This document shows positions 18,667-27,748 of a stretch of DNA of 64,000 nucleotides, one piece after another. The translations under genes were made by a program, and so were the position numbers. The stretch lies in IMG/VR virus record IMGVR_UViG_3300034170_000057, one strand, 5' to 3'. The DNA comes from a virus (lineage: Duplodnaviria; Caudoviricetes). Position 1 is the first letter of the stretch. Each line of letters begins with the position of its first letter. The notes under the pieces are model-generated. The model saw nothing but the letters and a program-made list of their open reading frames with translations. It did not search any database and was not told where the DNA came from.

Positions 18667-19480
18667 ATTGGCCCGTCCTCTGAAAATCAAACGTCGTCCG
18701 GAACTCACTGCGTGCCTGAAGAAAAACGGCTTCCGCAAAAACGTCGAAGGTTCCGATAGCGACAACTGGGTTTACGAACACAAAGCAGACGAAAACCGCG
18801 TGGTCGTTATTTGCGCGTTCGAAATCGCGACGGATATCGTGAAGTACAAAGATTTCCCGATGGTGGAACCTGAGACGCCGATTGCAGATGTGATTGCGTA
18901 TATCGACTCCGAAATGGAATTGGTGAACAAATCTTTCAACGGCTTCAAAGCGCTGTTAGAAACTGTGCGCCAGCATGCGAAGGGCCTCGGTGTGAAAGGT
19001 CGTTTCGTGCCTAACGAAGTCGATACTCATTCGTGGGAATTCTTCGCTGATTGCTACAAAGCACAGCCGCTGTTCTTCCTGTCTGATCCGGGGCCGAATG
19101 CGAAAGTTGAACTCGGTTACAACTACAACGAATACCCGGTTGAAACCGCTTACGAAGTGTTGAGCATTTTGCAAGGCAAGGGCTTCGAATACTGGCCGTG
19201 CGGCGACGAACGTGTGATGTTCAAAGGTAAGTCGATTTTCACTTTCAAAACCTACGAAGATTTCATGCCGTTCATGTTTACGCACGGTCTGGTCCGCATC
19301 ATTGAGCGTATGGGCATGGCACAATTATCGTCCGTCTCTGATCCGACCTTGAACGAATTGCTTGAAGGTCAAACCGATGTGAAACACTACGTGGAAATCC
19401 AGCTGCGTCGTGCAATTAACACCGATGAATTCTTCAGCTACATCAAATCCAAAGTTGCTGAAAAGGAAACCGCAGAATGA
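18653..19480 (+). CDS. Hypothetical protein, paralog family A
   Basis: C-term FMPFMFTHGL...SDPTLNELLEG shared with 19477 and 26033 ORFs. Confidence 0.8.
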   Translation: MGVYELARPLKIKRRPELTACLKKNGFRKNVEGSDSDNWVYEHKADENRVVVICAFEIATDIVKYKDFPMVEPETPIADVIAYIDSEMELVNKSFNGFKALLETVRQHAKGLGVKGRFVPNEVDTHSWEFFADCYKAQPLFFLSDPGPNAKVELGYNYNEYPVETAYEVLSILQGKGFEYWPCGDERVMFKGKSIFTFKTYEDFMPFMFTHGLVRIIERMGMAQLSSVSDPTLNELLEGQTDVKHYVEIQLRRAINTDEFFSYIKSKVAEKETAE

Positions 19481-20520
19481 GCTGTGTAAACATCGTTACC
19501 AAAGGGCTAGAACGTCAGCTAGAAAAGCGCGCTGGCCTGATCAAGCAACTGCTGGAAATCGGTTTCATTAACAAACCAAGTCCTGACCGTTTCCGCTGGA
19601 ACCACGTCGAACTTATTCTGCTGGATTTCGATGGCCGTTGCCGCCTAACGGCAGGCTTGGATGACTCGGTTAATTTCTCTGCCCGGATCAAAGACGAAAC
19701 GATCCTGAAAAAGATCATGGTCTACGTCGATAAAACCAAAGCCGATCAGAAAATGTTCGACGACCTTTGCATGGACGTGCAGCACAAGCTGGAAGAAATC
19801 GGTATCTACGTCGTGCAACAGGTCAAGACGCCCAAACGTCCGTCGCGCATGCGCCACAAGATTGCCGTTCGTGATCCGTGGGCGTCCAACTTTGCAATGA
19901 AAATCAACGGCGACCGTTTGTTCCGTCTGAGCTTCGACGATCACGGTGAGTTTCCGGACGAAGGGCGTATCGAACTCGATTACCGCAACGATTACGTCGA
20001 GGTAAAAACAGCTGACGACGTGATCAAAGTTTTGCAGGAAACATTGCCAGATGTTCGCGTTGTTGCCACGCTGAACAAGAATGCGATTTGCTCTTTCAGT
20101 TCGTACCGTATGTTCCTGCCGTACATTTTCAAATACGGCATTACCAGCATCAAAAGCGTGTCGTGCGATGTTGTGCAAACCACGGCTGATCCGGTGGCGA
20201 GCCGTCTGGTTGAAGCCGAGAAAGTCACCCGTGAATATTTCCGGATCAACCTGCGCAACAAAATGACGCTGGAAGATCAGGCGGCGTTGGGATCGGTTGG
20301 GCGTGCAAAAACACAGCCTGAAATTGTTGGGTACACAACGGTAAAAGAACTGGCGATATTCCTGTCGATCAAACCGGCTGCTATCGTCAAACACATGTTC
20401 AAACTTGGCACACCCGTGACGCTCAATCATGTACTTGAGAAAGAAACAGCGCAGGAAATTGCAGGAAGTTTCGGTCGCGGCACGCTGCCCGAGGAAATCA
20501 ACACAGGGGCCGCACAGTGA
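19477..20520 (+). CDS. Paralog family A protein with C-terminal translation initiation factor IF2 N-terminal domain
   Basis: [10 protein letters not shown]...[11 protein letters not shown] family motif; C-term [47 protein letters not shown] matches IF2_N. Confidence 0.75.
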   Translation: MSCVNIVTKGLERQLEKRAGLIKQLLEIGFINKPSPDRFRWNHVELILLDFDGRCRLTAGLDDSVNFSARIKDETILKKIMVYVDKTKADQKMFDDLCMDVQHKLEEIGIYVVQQVKTPKRPSRMRHKIAVRDPWASNFAMKINGDRLFRLSFDDHGEFPDEGRIELDYRNDYVEVKTADDVIKVLQETLPDVRVVATLNKNAICSFSSYRMFLPYIFKYGITSIKSVSCDVVQTTADPVASRLVEAEKVTREYFRINLRNKMTLEDQAALGSVGRAKTQPEIVGYTTVKELAIFLSIKPAAIVKHMFKLGTPVTLNHVLEKETAQEIAGSFGRGTLPEEINTGAAQ

Positions 20521-21206
20521 GCAATAAAAAACCGTACAGCAGCCGTACCGCCGATAAATTCGTCCTGCGCCTTCTCGACGATATGCGCCAGCAAATCAAA
20601 GCAATTTCCGAAGCCTCGCACCGCAGCATGAATAGCGAAATGATCGCGTGGTTAGAAACCATGCTGGAAATTCACGCGGAAACCGGCGTCATTCCTACGC
20701 TTGCGGATATGCGTAGCGGCGCCGAAATGGAAGCACAAAACCGACTGATGCGTGCGATATTCCAGCGTCTGTTGGAAGCTGGCAGCTGGCACATGAGCGC
20801 CGTGGAATTCGATTCGCATGATCACCATGTGGACGGCGTGCAATTCGAAAAAGAAATCAAAGAAGTTCTGGCGCAGGCGGTGCCTAAAATCCGTAATGTT
20901 GTGCAGCAAGTGGAACCGCATACGCTTGAAGTTTCTGAACCTTACAGCGTTCCGTTCGATAAACTGGAAGCGTTGGTTAAGTCGTTGCCGAAACCCTACG
21001 GCCCGGATCTTTTGCCACCAGTGCCGCAATTTATTCCGCAAGAAGGCATGCCGGTTTTTGTCAGCAGTATCGGGCGTAACGGCGTTGTTCGTCATATCTG
21101 GATCGGTGGCGACAACAAGTGTCAAATAACTATGGCCCGTGTGGAAATGTTCGGCTGTGGTTGCGTAGAAGTTCCGGCCCATGATTTGTGTGCGCCGAAG
21201 CCATGA
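20517..21206 (+). CDS. Arc-family (AmrZ/AlgZ-like) transcriptional regulator with extended C-terminus
   Basis: [21 protein letters not shown]...[14 protein letters not shown] vs Amr[22 protein letters not shown]...HHRSMNSEIIARLE; GTGA coupling. Confidence 0.85.
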   Translation: MSNKKPYSSRTADKFVLRLLDDMRQQIKAISEASHRSMNSEMIAWLETMLEIHAETGVIPTLADMRSGAEMEAQNRLMRAIFQRLLEAGSWHMSAVEFDSHDHHVDGVQFEKEIKEVLAQAVPKIRNVVQQVEPHTLEVSEPYSVPFDKLEALVKSLPKPYGPDLLPPVPQFIPQEGMPVFVSSIGRNGVVRHIWIGGDNKCQITMARVEMFGCGCVEVPAHDLCAPKP

Positions 21207-21595
21207 CCAAGCACAAAGGGATTGATATTCCGCCGCACCAACAGGCAGTGATCGACGATATGCTTCGAAAGGTATCCACGTCACGGAATGAAAAACATTT
21301 TCTGATCGTTCCCAATTACGTGATCAGCAAATACGACGGACAAGAGCATTTCATTAGCGAGCATAAGCTAATGAATCTGTACGGCGTTGAGCGGCGCGAA
21401 TGCGTGGTAAGCAATGACCCGTGCGGGCGACGTGAAGAAGAGGGCCTGCTGTGGCTTGAGCCGTCCTATGAGGGCGATTACAGCCTGCCGGACGTGTGGG
21501 ATGATCCATGCGGCCCGTACCAGCCTGACGACTCGCTGGTGCAGCTGTGGTTCATCCGTGCAATCCAACCAATTACAGGAATCTTTCCATGCTAG
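21203..21595 (+). CDS. Hypothetical protein
   Basis: ATGA overlap at 21203. Confidence 0.7.
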   Translation: MTKHKGIDIPPHQQAVIDDMLRKVSTSRNEKHFLIVPNYVISKYDGQEHFISEHKLMNLYGVERRECVVSNDPCGRREEEGLLWLEPSYEGDYSLPDVWDDPCGPYQPDDSLVQLWFIRAIQPITGIFPC

Positions 21596-22500
21596 TCAAA
21601 GGTGAAATTGTTTGGGCCTTCAACGGAACCTATCGGGATACTTTGTGGGGCGTTGAACTGCCACCGTTCGACGGTTCTGAACTCGGCATCACCATGGATG
21701 CGATTGCAGGCGATGGCAAAGTTGTTCCTTTCCGGTACGCAGCCGGTGTGGATTATTTCATCGAAGACCACGGCATAAATCAGCCCTGCATGTCGTTCAT
21801 TTTCAAACTGGGTGGCCCGGTTGAATTGCAGGATGCGCAACTGAAATTGATCGGGGCTTTCACGAAAGCGTTGACCTACGACTGGGATAAATTCCACGTC
21901 GCTTATCGTGCGCTCGCCAATGAAGAATCACGCGCCGTTCGTACCCTCGTTTATCGTGTGTATGAAAACAACGGCGAATGCACGGAACATCCGGAAATGC
22001 TGTGCGGCCTGCCCTGCGGCCATTACCATTGCCCGGTGTGTTCGGAAATGGTTGTTGCGGGCCTGCCCCATCCGCCAAAAGAAGCCTATGCGAAAATGCT
22101 GGAAGAGGAACGCGCTGAATATTACGTGCAGACTGAAAAGAGCCTTAACTCATACGCAGAACTCGAACAAAACTGGGGCGGCGACGGTGAAGAAAAACCG
22201 ATTGAAGCCAGTTTTAAAAATGCGGGCGAGTTCTTTGCCGCGATCAAAGAAAATCGTTTGCCTGCACCCGATGCGACACTCGATCATGAGGGCGTTGTTG
22301 CTTTGCTGTGGCCGGACAATCACGATCCGGATGACACGTATGTTTCGATGGCGTTTTATGCAGATGAAACCGTCGGGTATTGGAAACGTAACGCGGTTAT
22401 CGAAGAGAGTGGAAGCGTCACTATCCCACGTGACGAAATTCACGAAGAACGTCTGCTGCATTTCTTGCATACCCGTCTGCCGCAGCTGTCCGGGAAATAA
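21589..22500 (+). CDS. Hypothetical multidomain protein with Zn-finger-like CxxxC/HxHCxxC segment
   Basis: SD AGGA before ATG 21589; LCGLPCGHYHCPVCSEM. Confidence 0.75.
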   Translation: MLVKGEIVWAFNGTYRDTLWGVELPPFDGSELGITMDAIAGDGKVVPFRYAAGVDYFIEDHGINQPCMSFIFKLGGPVELQDAQLKLIGAFTKALTYDWDKFHVAYRALANEESRAVRTLVYRVYENNGECTEHPEMLCGLPCGHYHCPVCSEMVVAGLPHPPKEAYAKMLEEERAEYYVQTEKSLNSYAELEQNWGGDGEEKPIEASFKNAGEFFAAIKENRLPAPDATLDHEGVVALLWPDNHDPDDTYVSMAFYADETVGYWKRNAVIEESGSVTIPRDEIHEERLLHFLHTRLPQLSGK

Positions 22501-22509
22501 TGTAAATAT
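22500..22509 (+). promoter_or_regulatory. ATGTAAATAT putative phage promoter, leader hairpin 22511-22538
   Basis: Immediately after stop codon; GCGCC/GGCGC stem; SD AAGGA before GTG 22566. Confidence 0.5.
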
Positions 22510-22565
22510 CAAAGGTGGCGCCTTTTAACGGGCGCTTTCCTAAATCCATTAAGGAACCGAATGAA

Positions 22566-23228
22566 GTGAACAAAAAAGTCATTGCTTTGGCCGCTGTAAG
22601 TTTGGCCCTTCTCGCAGGTTGCGACGACCAGCCAGATTATGAAGAGCAACAGGCATACGTGGACGAAGAGGCCGGTCAGGCTACGCGTACACAAATTGCT
22701 GAAGACGAAAAAGATTTGCAGGCCACCGTTAAGGAACTGCAATCGAAAGATCCATCGGTAAAAGACGCTTATTACGGCGTCGGCCCGAACGGTGAAAAAC
22801 AACTGCATATCGTGCGTGAAGAGGCGAACGGAAAAAGCAGTGATTCCATCTGGCCTATGGTGGGCGGTGCAGCCATGGGTGCCCTCGGTGGCTACGCGCT
22901 GGCAAAAATGATGAACCAGAACGGCGGTTATCAGAATTACCAGCAGCAAAACCAGCCACTGCAAACCACGCAATGCAATGAACAAGATCGCCGCCGTTGC
23001 CGTAATGGTGGATCGTCGGCTTATGCCACGGCACTGATGAATAATAACCGTGGTGCTGTACGTGCAAATCCTGCGTATCAAACCAACATGAACAACCGTG
23101 TTTCACAATGGCGCCAGAGCCCAGCAAGTGCCCCGGCCTCGTATCAAACGGTAGCCAATAGCCGCGCCTCCGGTATCATGACGGGCGGTGGTGGGCGTAC
23201 AGCTGCACACGGCGGTAACGGCGGTTAA
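22566..23228 (+). CDS. Lipoprotein, YgiB/DUF1190-like partner of ATP-grasp enzyme
   Basis: Signal/lipobox VNKKVIALAAVSLALLAG-C; GGAAMGALGGYALAKMM helix; Gly-rich tail; directly upstream of GspS-like gene. Confidence 0.7.
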   Translation: MNKKVIALAAVSLALLAGCDDQPDYEEQQAYVDEEAGQATRTQIAEDEKDLQATVKELQSKDPSVKDAYYGVGPNGEKQLHIVREEANGKSSDSIWPMVGGAAMGALGGYALAKMMNQNGGYQNYQQQNQPLQTTQCNEQDRRRCRNGGSSAYATALMNNNRGAVRANPAYQTNMNNRVSQWRQSPASAPASYQTVANSRASGIMTGGGGRTAAHGGNGG

Positions 23229-23257
23229 TTCATTCGCATTTTTCAAGGAAGTTTTTC

Positions 23258-24625
23258 ATGCATTGCACGTATCACAATATCGGTTTCGACCTGAACAAAA
23301 TGATGGTCGAAGAATTGCCGTGGACCCAAGCCTTCTACCGCGAAATGCCGAAACCTGAATCGACGGCTGACGCGGAATTCTACCAAGACGTGAAAGATTA
23401 TTTCGCGTTCCCTCTCGAACACAGTGCCAACATGCCGGTCTACAATTTGCACCTGAGTTCCTGTGCAAAAATCGAAACCGTTTTCGAATCCGCATACGCA
23501 ATGCTGGTCGAAGCTGTGGGCAAGCTGTTCAACGAATCCAACGATACGCTGATGCACTATATGGGCTGCGATTTCCTGCGCAAGCACCCGTATTTCATCG
23601 ACTACGCCAAGTTCACCTATCGCGACCATGGTTCGGCCCGCCAAGCAATCTACGGGCGCTTTGACGCTGCATTCGATCCTGTGACTGAGGAAGTTACGGG
23701 TATTTACGAATTCAACGGCGACACGCCTACCATGCTTTTCGAATCCGTAGCGTTGCAGAATCGCGTCTGTGAATCCGTGACGGGCGATGTTGAATTGCAG
23801 CTGAATAGTTTCTATCCGCTGCTGCAACAAATGTTCGAAGACATGGGCGAGATTCCGGGCACCGCTGCTGTGATCCATGACAGCAAATCCTTCGAGGATA
23901 CCGCGACCTGCGAAGTGCTGGCGCAAATCATCGGTGAGCATAACGTCTGCCTGTTTACTGACGTTTCCGAAATCGACTACGACTTCAACAACAAAACCAA
24001 TCCGTTCGCGGTTGGCGACGATAATCTCTCGGTTATTTTCGCATTGGTTCCGTGGGAAGAAATGGTCGAGGGTTTCCCGCAGGCGTACAAGGAATGGGCC
24101 AACTGGGCTAACCACGTCACAATGCTGGAACCGGCGTGGCGTTGGTTCACCAGTAACAAAGGCATTTGGGCCTACATCACGCACCTAATGTTTACCAACG
24201 ATGAATTCCACGCGAAATACGGCATGCTTCCCGTGCTGGAAACCTACGTGGATAACCCGTTAGTTTTCACGGGCAAAACCGGCTACGTTTCGAAACCGAA
24301 AGTCGGTCGCATGAGTACCAACATCGAAATCCACAAGGCCGATGGCACCGTGGAATTCGCGACCGATGGCCCGTACAAAGACGACAAGGTTTATCAGGTC
24401 TACACAGCGCCGCACAAAGTCGATGGCCGGAACAATTTCATTATCGGAATGTTCATGGTTCCGGATATTGCATCCGATTACAATTCGCTGAAACAAGCGA
24501 CGGCAGCTACGCTGTGCATTCGCGAATTCGACTCGCCTGTATTGGGCGTGAAGAACGAGCGATTTATTCCACACGTTCTGATCGACGATTTGCCGGAACC
24601 GGACGAAGAAAACTTCGAGGGCTAA
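23258..24625 (+). CDS. Glutathionylspermidine synthase family ATP-grasp protein (YgiC/YjfC-like)
   Basis: IYGRFD, YEFNGDTPTMLFES, EPAWR...SNKGIWA, KPKVGRMSTNI, CIRE motifs. Confidence 0.85.
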   Translation: MHCTYHNIGFDLNKMMVEELPWTQAFYREMPKPESTADAEFYQDVKDYFAFPLEHSANMPVYNLHLSSCAKIETVFESAYAMLVEAVGKLFNESNDTLMHYMGCDFLRKHPYFIDYAKFTYRDHGSARQAIYGRFDAAFDPVTEEVTGIYEFNGDTPTMLFESVALQNRVCESVTGDVELQLNSFYPLLQQMFEDMGEIPGTAAVIHDSKSFEDTATCEVLAQIIGEHNVCLFTDVSEIDYDFNNKTNPFAVGDDNLSVIFALVPWEEMVEGFPQAYKEWANWANHVTMLEPAWRWFTSNKGIWAYITHLMFTNDEFHAKYGMLPVLETYVDNPLVFTGKTGYVSKPKVGRMSTNIEIHKADGTVEFATDGPYKDDKVYQVYTAPHKVDGRNNFIIGMFMVPDIASDYNSLKQATAATLCIREFDSPVLGVKNERFIPHVLIDDLPEPDEENFEG

Positions 24626-24628
24626 ACA

Positions 24629-24886
24629 ATGTTTATCGTTTATCTGATTCTGCTGTTGTGGCTCGCTTACGCCTGCTGGTTCAGCTACACCCTGACCCAA
24701 GAGCAAGTGGGTGACGAACGTTACTGGTATAACCCCATTGTGTTTTTCATCGGTGGTGTTTTTGCGGCGGTCATGATCGTGACCGAGTTTATCGAGGAAT
24801 GCATGGCCCATGCTGCACGCGCATTGAACAAACGCGCCCTGCGCCGCCGTGACGAAAAACGCGCAGCAAACCAAAAATCCGATTAA
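24629..24886 (+). CDS. Small two-TM membrane protein
   Basis: MFIVYLILLLWLAYACWFSY; PIVFFIGGVFAAVMIV. Confidence 0.7.
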   Translation: MFIVYLILLLWLAYACWFSYTLTQEQVGDERYWYNPIVFFIGGVFAAVMIVTEFIEECMAHAARALNKRALRRRDEKRAANQKSD

Positions 24887-24893
24887 CTGAAAC

Positions 24894-24919
24894 GGTGCCT
24901 GCCTTGATCGGTGGGCACC
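24894..24919 (+). terminator. Stem-loop closing the lipoprotein/GspS unit
   Basis: GGTGCCTGCC-TTGATC-GGTGGGCACC followed by ATTATAATT. Confidence 0.45.
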
Positions 24920-24940
24920 ATTATAATTAGGCAAGGGACA

Positions 24941-25150
24941 ATGAAATATTTAGTGCTGTTGATCGTTTTGGTTTTCTTGGTTTATGGCGTCCTGTACGCA
25001 ATCAAAGACAAGCGCACCAACACGCCCATTCATGAAAATGCAGTGTTCGATTTCGCCAGCGCTGTGCTGTGTGGTTTCTACATTCTGGCCTCCCACATCT
25101 ACGATGGCGCGAAGACCATCTACAGGGATGCGCGTGAGGATTTGAAGTGA
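24941..25150 (+). CDS. Small membrane protein
   Basis: SD AAGGG before ATG 24941; MKYLVLLIVLVFLVYGVLYAI. Confidence 0.7.
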   Translation: MKYLVLLIVLVFLVYGVLYAIKDKRTNTPIHENAVFDFASAVLCGFYILASHIYDGAKTIYRDAREDLK

Positions 25151-25407
25151 CGAAATATTTAATCGTTTTATTCGCACTGGTTCTGGCCGGATGCAGTAGC
25201 GAAACGCACCAAGAAAAATCAGCACGCGAAGCCAAACTGCATCGGCAAACTTTGTGTGCCATGCACAGCCTGACCTATCTGTCCGAGTACCACGAAAAAA
25301 GCATCTGGCCTTCGCGCAGTCACCGCGTGGTTTACGGTTCGGTCTGCACCAATGCCCAAGGCCAGCGAATTATCATCAAAGACAATGGGAACCAATATGG
25401 AAGCTGA
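25147..25407 (+). CDS. Small lipoprotein
   Basis: GTGA overlap; MTKYLIVLFALVLAG-C lipobox. Confidence 0.75.
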   Translation: MTKYLIVLFALVLAGCSSETHQEKSAREAKLHRQTLCAMHSLTYLSEYHEKSIWPSRSHRVVYGSVCTNAQGQRIIIKDNGNQYGS

Positions 25408-25711
25408 CAATATTCCGTTCCGTGTTTTCTCCCGCGTACCCGCACCGGGAATCAAAGACAACGAACTTTTCATTCCCCAGTATTATACGGCTGGGCAGTG
25501 GACTTCGTGGTCGAAACCGGGCAAAGATAAAGTCGCATTTGCAACCGAGCGTGCAGCGCATCTTTACCTGATTGAATTTGTGAAAACTAAAGTCGATCAG
25601 ACCAAGCGCCGTATCGAAATCCTGTCTGTCGAGGTTTCCGTACTGGAAAAAAGCCTTATCTCTCTCAACCGTGCCAGCATCGGCATCGTGGCAAGGAACC
25701 CGGAAAAATGA
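25397..25711 (+). CDS. Hypothetical protein with C-terminal coiled coil
   Basis: ATG 25397 overlapping upstream stop region. Confidence 0.65.
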   Translation: MEADNIPFRVFSRVPAPGIKDNELFIPQYYTAGQWTSWSKPGKDKVAFATERAAHLYLIEFVKTKVDQTKRRIEILSVEVSVLEKSLISLNRASIGIVARNPEK

Positions 25712-26046
25712 GCGAAGCATTCAAATACATCATGGTCGAAACCACCGATGAATCCGGTGACACTCACAATATTCCTGTGATGTTTCCGAAGTCGATCAAC
25801 CACGACAAAATGTACGAAGCAACCCACGCGGCAATTCGCCGTTCGGGTAACGGCCACCGTCCGGGCAAAGCTATCAGCGCCGGGTTTTGTGGCTACGGCC
25901 AAAACGGCAAAGTTTTCTGCCGTGGGTATTCCGAAACTCTGAAACTGGAATCGCGGAAAGGAATCGACGAAGCCATTTTCCAACAGGTAAGCACCTACGG
26001 CCATACGCGGGTTGCCGCAGCGGTGAAACCAAATGCCGACGTTTAA
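25708..26046 (+). CDS. Conserved phage hypothetical protein, paralog of 16353..16736
   Basis: KYIMV...IPVMFP..I.H...SAGF...C.G.S.TL.L.SR..D pattern. Confidence 0.75.
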   Translation: MSEAFKYIMVETTDESGDTHNIPVMFPKSINHDKMYEATHAAIRRSGNGHRPGKAISAGFCGYGQNGKVFCRGYSETLKLESRKGIDEAIFQQVSTYGHTRVAAAVKPNADV

Positions 26047-26851
26047 TCCGGTCGAAGGCGAAATCCTTTTAGAAAAACTGCTGGCGGCTGGGTTCACCGG
26101 GATTGGCTTAGAGCGTTTCCGCCAGCACGTCGGCTGCACTGGCGTTGAACTGCTGTCCAACGGCGTTAAGGTGACGATCCAAAAGCACTCACAAGGCCTG
26201 CGACACACCGTAGTTTACACGGGCACCCGTCTAGCAAAAGATGAACCCGTAGACGGCACGGAATCGCTTGCGGCATTCCTGATTGCGGCTGCTGCAAAAA
26301 ATAAAGAATTGGATGCGCGAAGCCAGAAAGCAATCGACACCATTCTGAATGTGTTCGGGGTTAACGGTACACAACTTGAGGTACGCACAAAAGATTTGAG
26401 CGGGCGGCAAGTGGCGCGATTCAGTGCAGGGCCGCATGATCTTTTCTATCTGGCGCACGCCGGTCGCGGGGCGGCTGTAACCAAAGGTCCGTTCCGTTTT
26501 GTTGCGTCGTACATGTACGATTCTGCTGATGAATGGGAAGAGAACGAAGGGCCTGAAAATTCGTTCTATTTCTCGGATACTGCGCAGTTGCTCGCGGGAA
26601 TCAAGAACTTGTTTTCGCAGCCACCTGTGCCGCGTAAATACGAACGTGTTGGAAACGATATTGCTACGCTGGAAGAACCCGGCGCGTTTCTAGATATCAT
26701 TTTCGAATACGGCCTTACGTGGGTTACGTCGAAAGAAGTTGATACTTTCCGCACCACAAGCTGCCCGACTACCAACCGTTTACTCGACGGTGACAATCAG
26801 ACCATACGGCTGTACGCGCTAGGCTTCAAAGTGGCCCCCGCAAAACTGTAA
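26033..26851 (+). CDS. Hypothetical protein, paralog family A
   Basis: FLDIIFEYGL...SCPTTNRLLDG. Confidence 0.8.
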   Translation: MPTFNPVEGEILLEKLLAAGFTGIGLERFRQHVGCTGVELLSNGVKVTIQKHSQGLRHTVVYTGTRLAKDEPVDGTESLAAFLIAAAAKNKELDARSQKAIDTILNVFGVNGTQLEVRTKDLSGRQVARFSAGPHDLFYLAHAGRGAAVTKGPFRFVASYMYDSADEWEENEGPENSFYFSDTAQLLAGIKNLFSQPPVPRKYERVGNDIATLEEPGAFLDIIFEYGLTWVTSKEVDTFRTTSCPTTNRLLDGDNQTIRLYALGFKVAPAKL

Positions 26852-26855
26852 ATAC
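26846..26855 (+). promoter_or_regulatory. CTGTAAATAC putative phage promoter with structured leader 26858-26907
   Basis: Overlaps TAA stop; AGTGAG...CTCACT outer stem with inner GGGG/CCCC stem. Confidence 0.55.
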
Positions 26856-26920
26856 ACAGTGAGCAGTAATTTAGTAGGGATGGGGTTATTCCCCCGTTCC
26901 ACTCACTAACAAGGGGCTGT

Positions 26921-27436
26921 ATGCAAATGCAGGTAGAACTCCAAATCGCAGTAGCCAAATCCAAAAAGCCGGTTAAAAAGAAAATGAAAGTCCGGGAACA
27001 ATCGGGCTGCATTCCTTACCGGGATAAGGACGGTATTCGCCAAGTTCTTTTGGTCAAGAAATTGAAGAAAGATTCTTGGTGGGGATTTACCAAGGGCGGG
27101 CAGGAAAAGCATTTGGACGCACGTGCAAACGCGGCGAAAGAATGTTGGGAAGAGGCGGGAGTCTCCGGCACCGTTACCAAGAAAATCGGGAAGTTCGAAT
27201 ACGTCAAAGACGACATGAAACAAATCGTCAAAATGTACGCGATGGAATTCCACACACAGCTGGACGACTGGCAGGAAAAACACATGCGGAAACGGAAGTG
27301 GTTCACCCTTCCGGAAGCCCGCGACAAGCTGGGCCGTGAGCATCACAAGTTCCTCGACGAAATCAAAAAGCTGCCGAAGAAAGACAAAGAGGCAATCAAG
27401 AAATTGAAGCCTGCAAAAATCAAAAAAGTGGCATAA
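26921..27436 (+). CDS. Nudix hydrolase (Ap4A/DIPP-like) with basic tails
   Basis: SGCIPY...VLLV...WGFTKGGQEKHLDARANAAKECWEEAGV Nudix box; RKWFTLPEA. Confidence 0.85.
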   Translation: MQMQVELQIAVAKSKKPVKKKMKVREQSGCIPYRDKDGIRQVLLVKKLKKDSWWGFTKGGQEKHLDARANAAKECWEEAGVSGTVTKKIGKFEYVKDDMKQIVKMYAMEFHTQLDDWQEKHMRKRKWFTLPEARDKLGREHHKFLDEIKKLPKKDKEAIKKLKPAKIKKVA

Positions 27437-27443
27437 ACACAAG

Positions 27444-27472
27444 TGGCGTCCTCCGGGGCGCCATTGCTCTTT
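27444..27472 (+). terminator. Probable intrinsic terminator after Nudix gene
   Basis: TGGCGTCC-TCCG-GGGCGCCA then TTGCTCTTT. Confidence 0.5.
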
Positions 27473-27487
27473 GTGGGGTGTGAAAAT

Positions 27488-27748
27488 ATGGCAGATCCGA
27501 GGGAAGACCTTCAGAATATTTTCCGTATGAACATGGTTGATATTTGTGGCGGAACCTTAGACCGTGAGTTTAGCGGATGGATGCTTATCGTGTGCGGCGT
27601 AAATTTAGGTGTTATAAAGGTATGGGAAAACCCACATGAAGTGGAAGTGTCCGGGCACCTGTTTGAAGAAAATGAACGGCTTGCGGAAATAGTTACAAAA
27701 CTATGCAAACCAAAATGCTGGCATCCAATGCTAAGGATCGTTAAATGA
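27488..27748 (+). CDS. Hypothetical protein
   Basis: ATG 27488 after GGGG SD; ATGA-type coupling to next gene. Confidence 0.65.
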   Translation: MADPREDLQNIFRMNMVDICGGTLDREFSGWMLIVCGVNLGVIKVWENPHEVEVSGHLFEENERLAEIVTKLCKPKCWHPMLRIVK

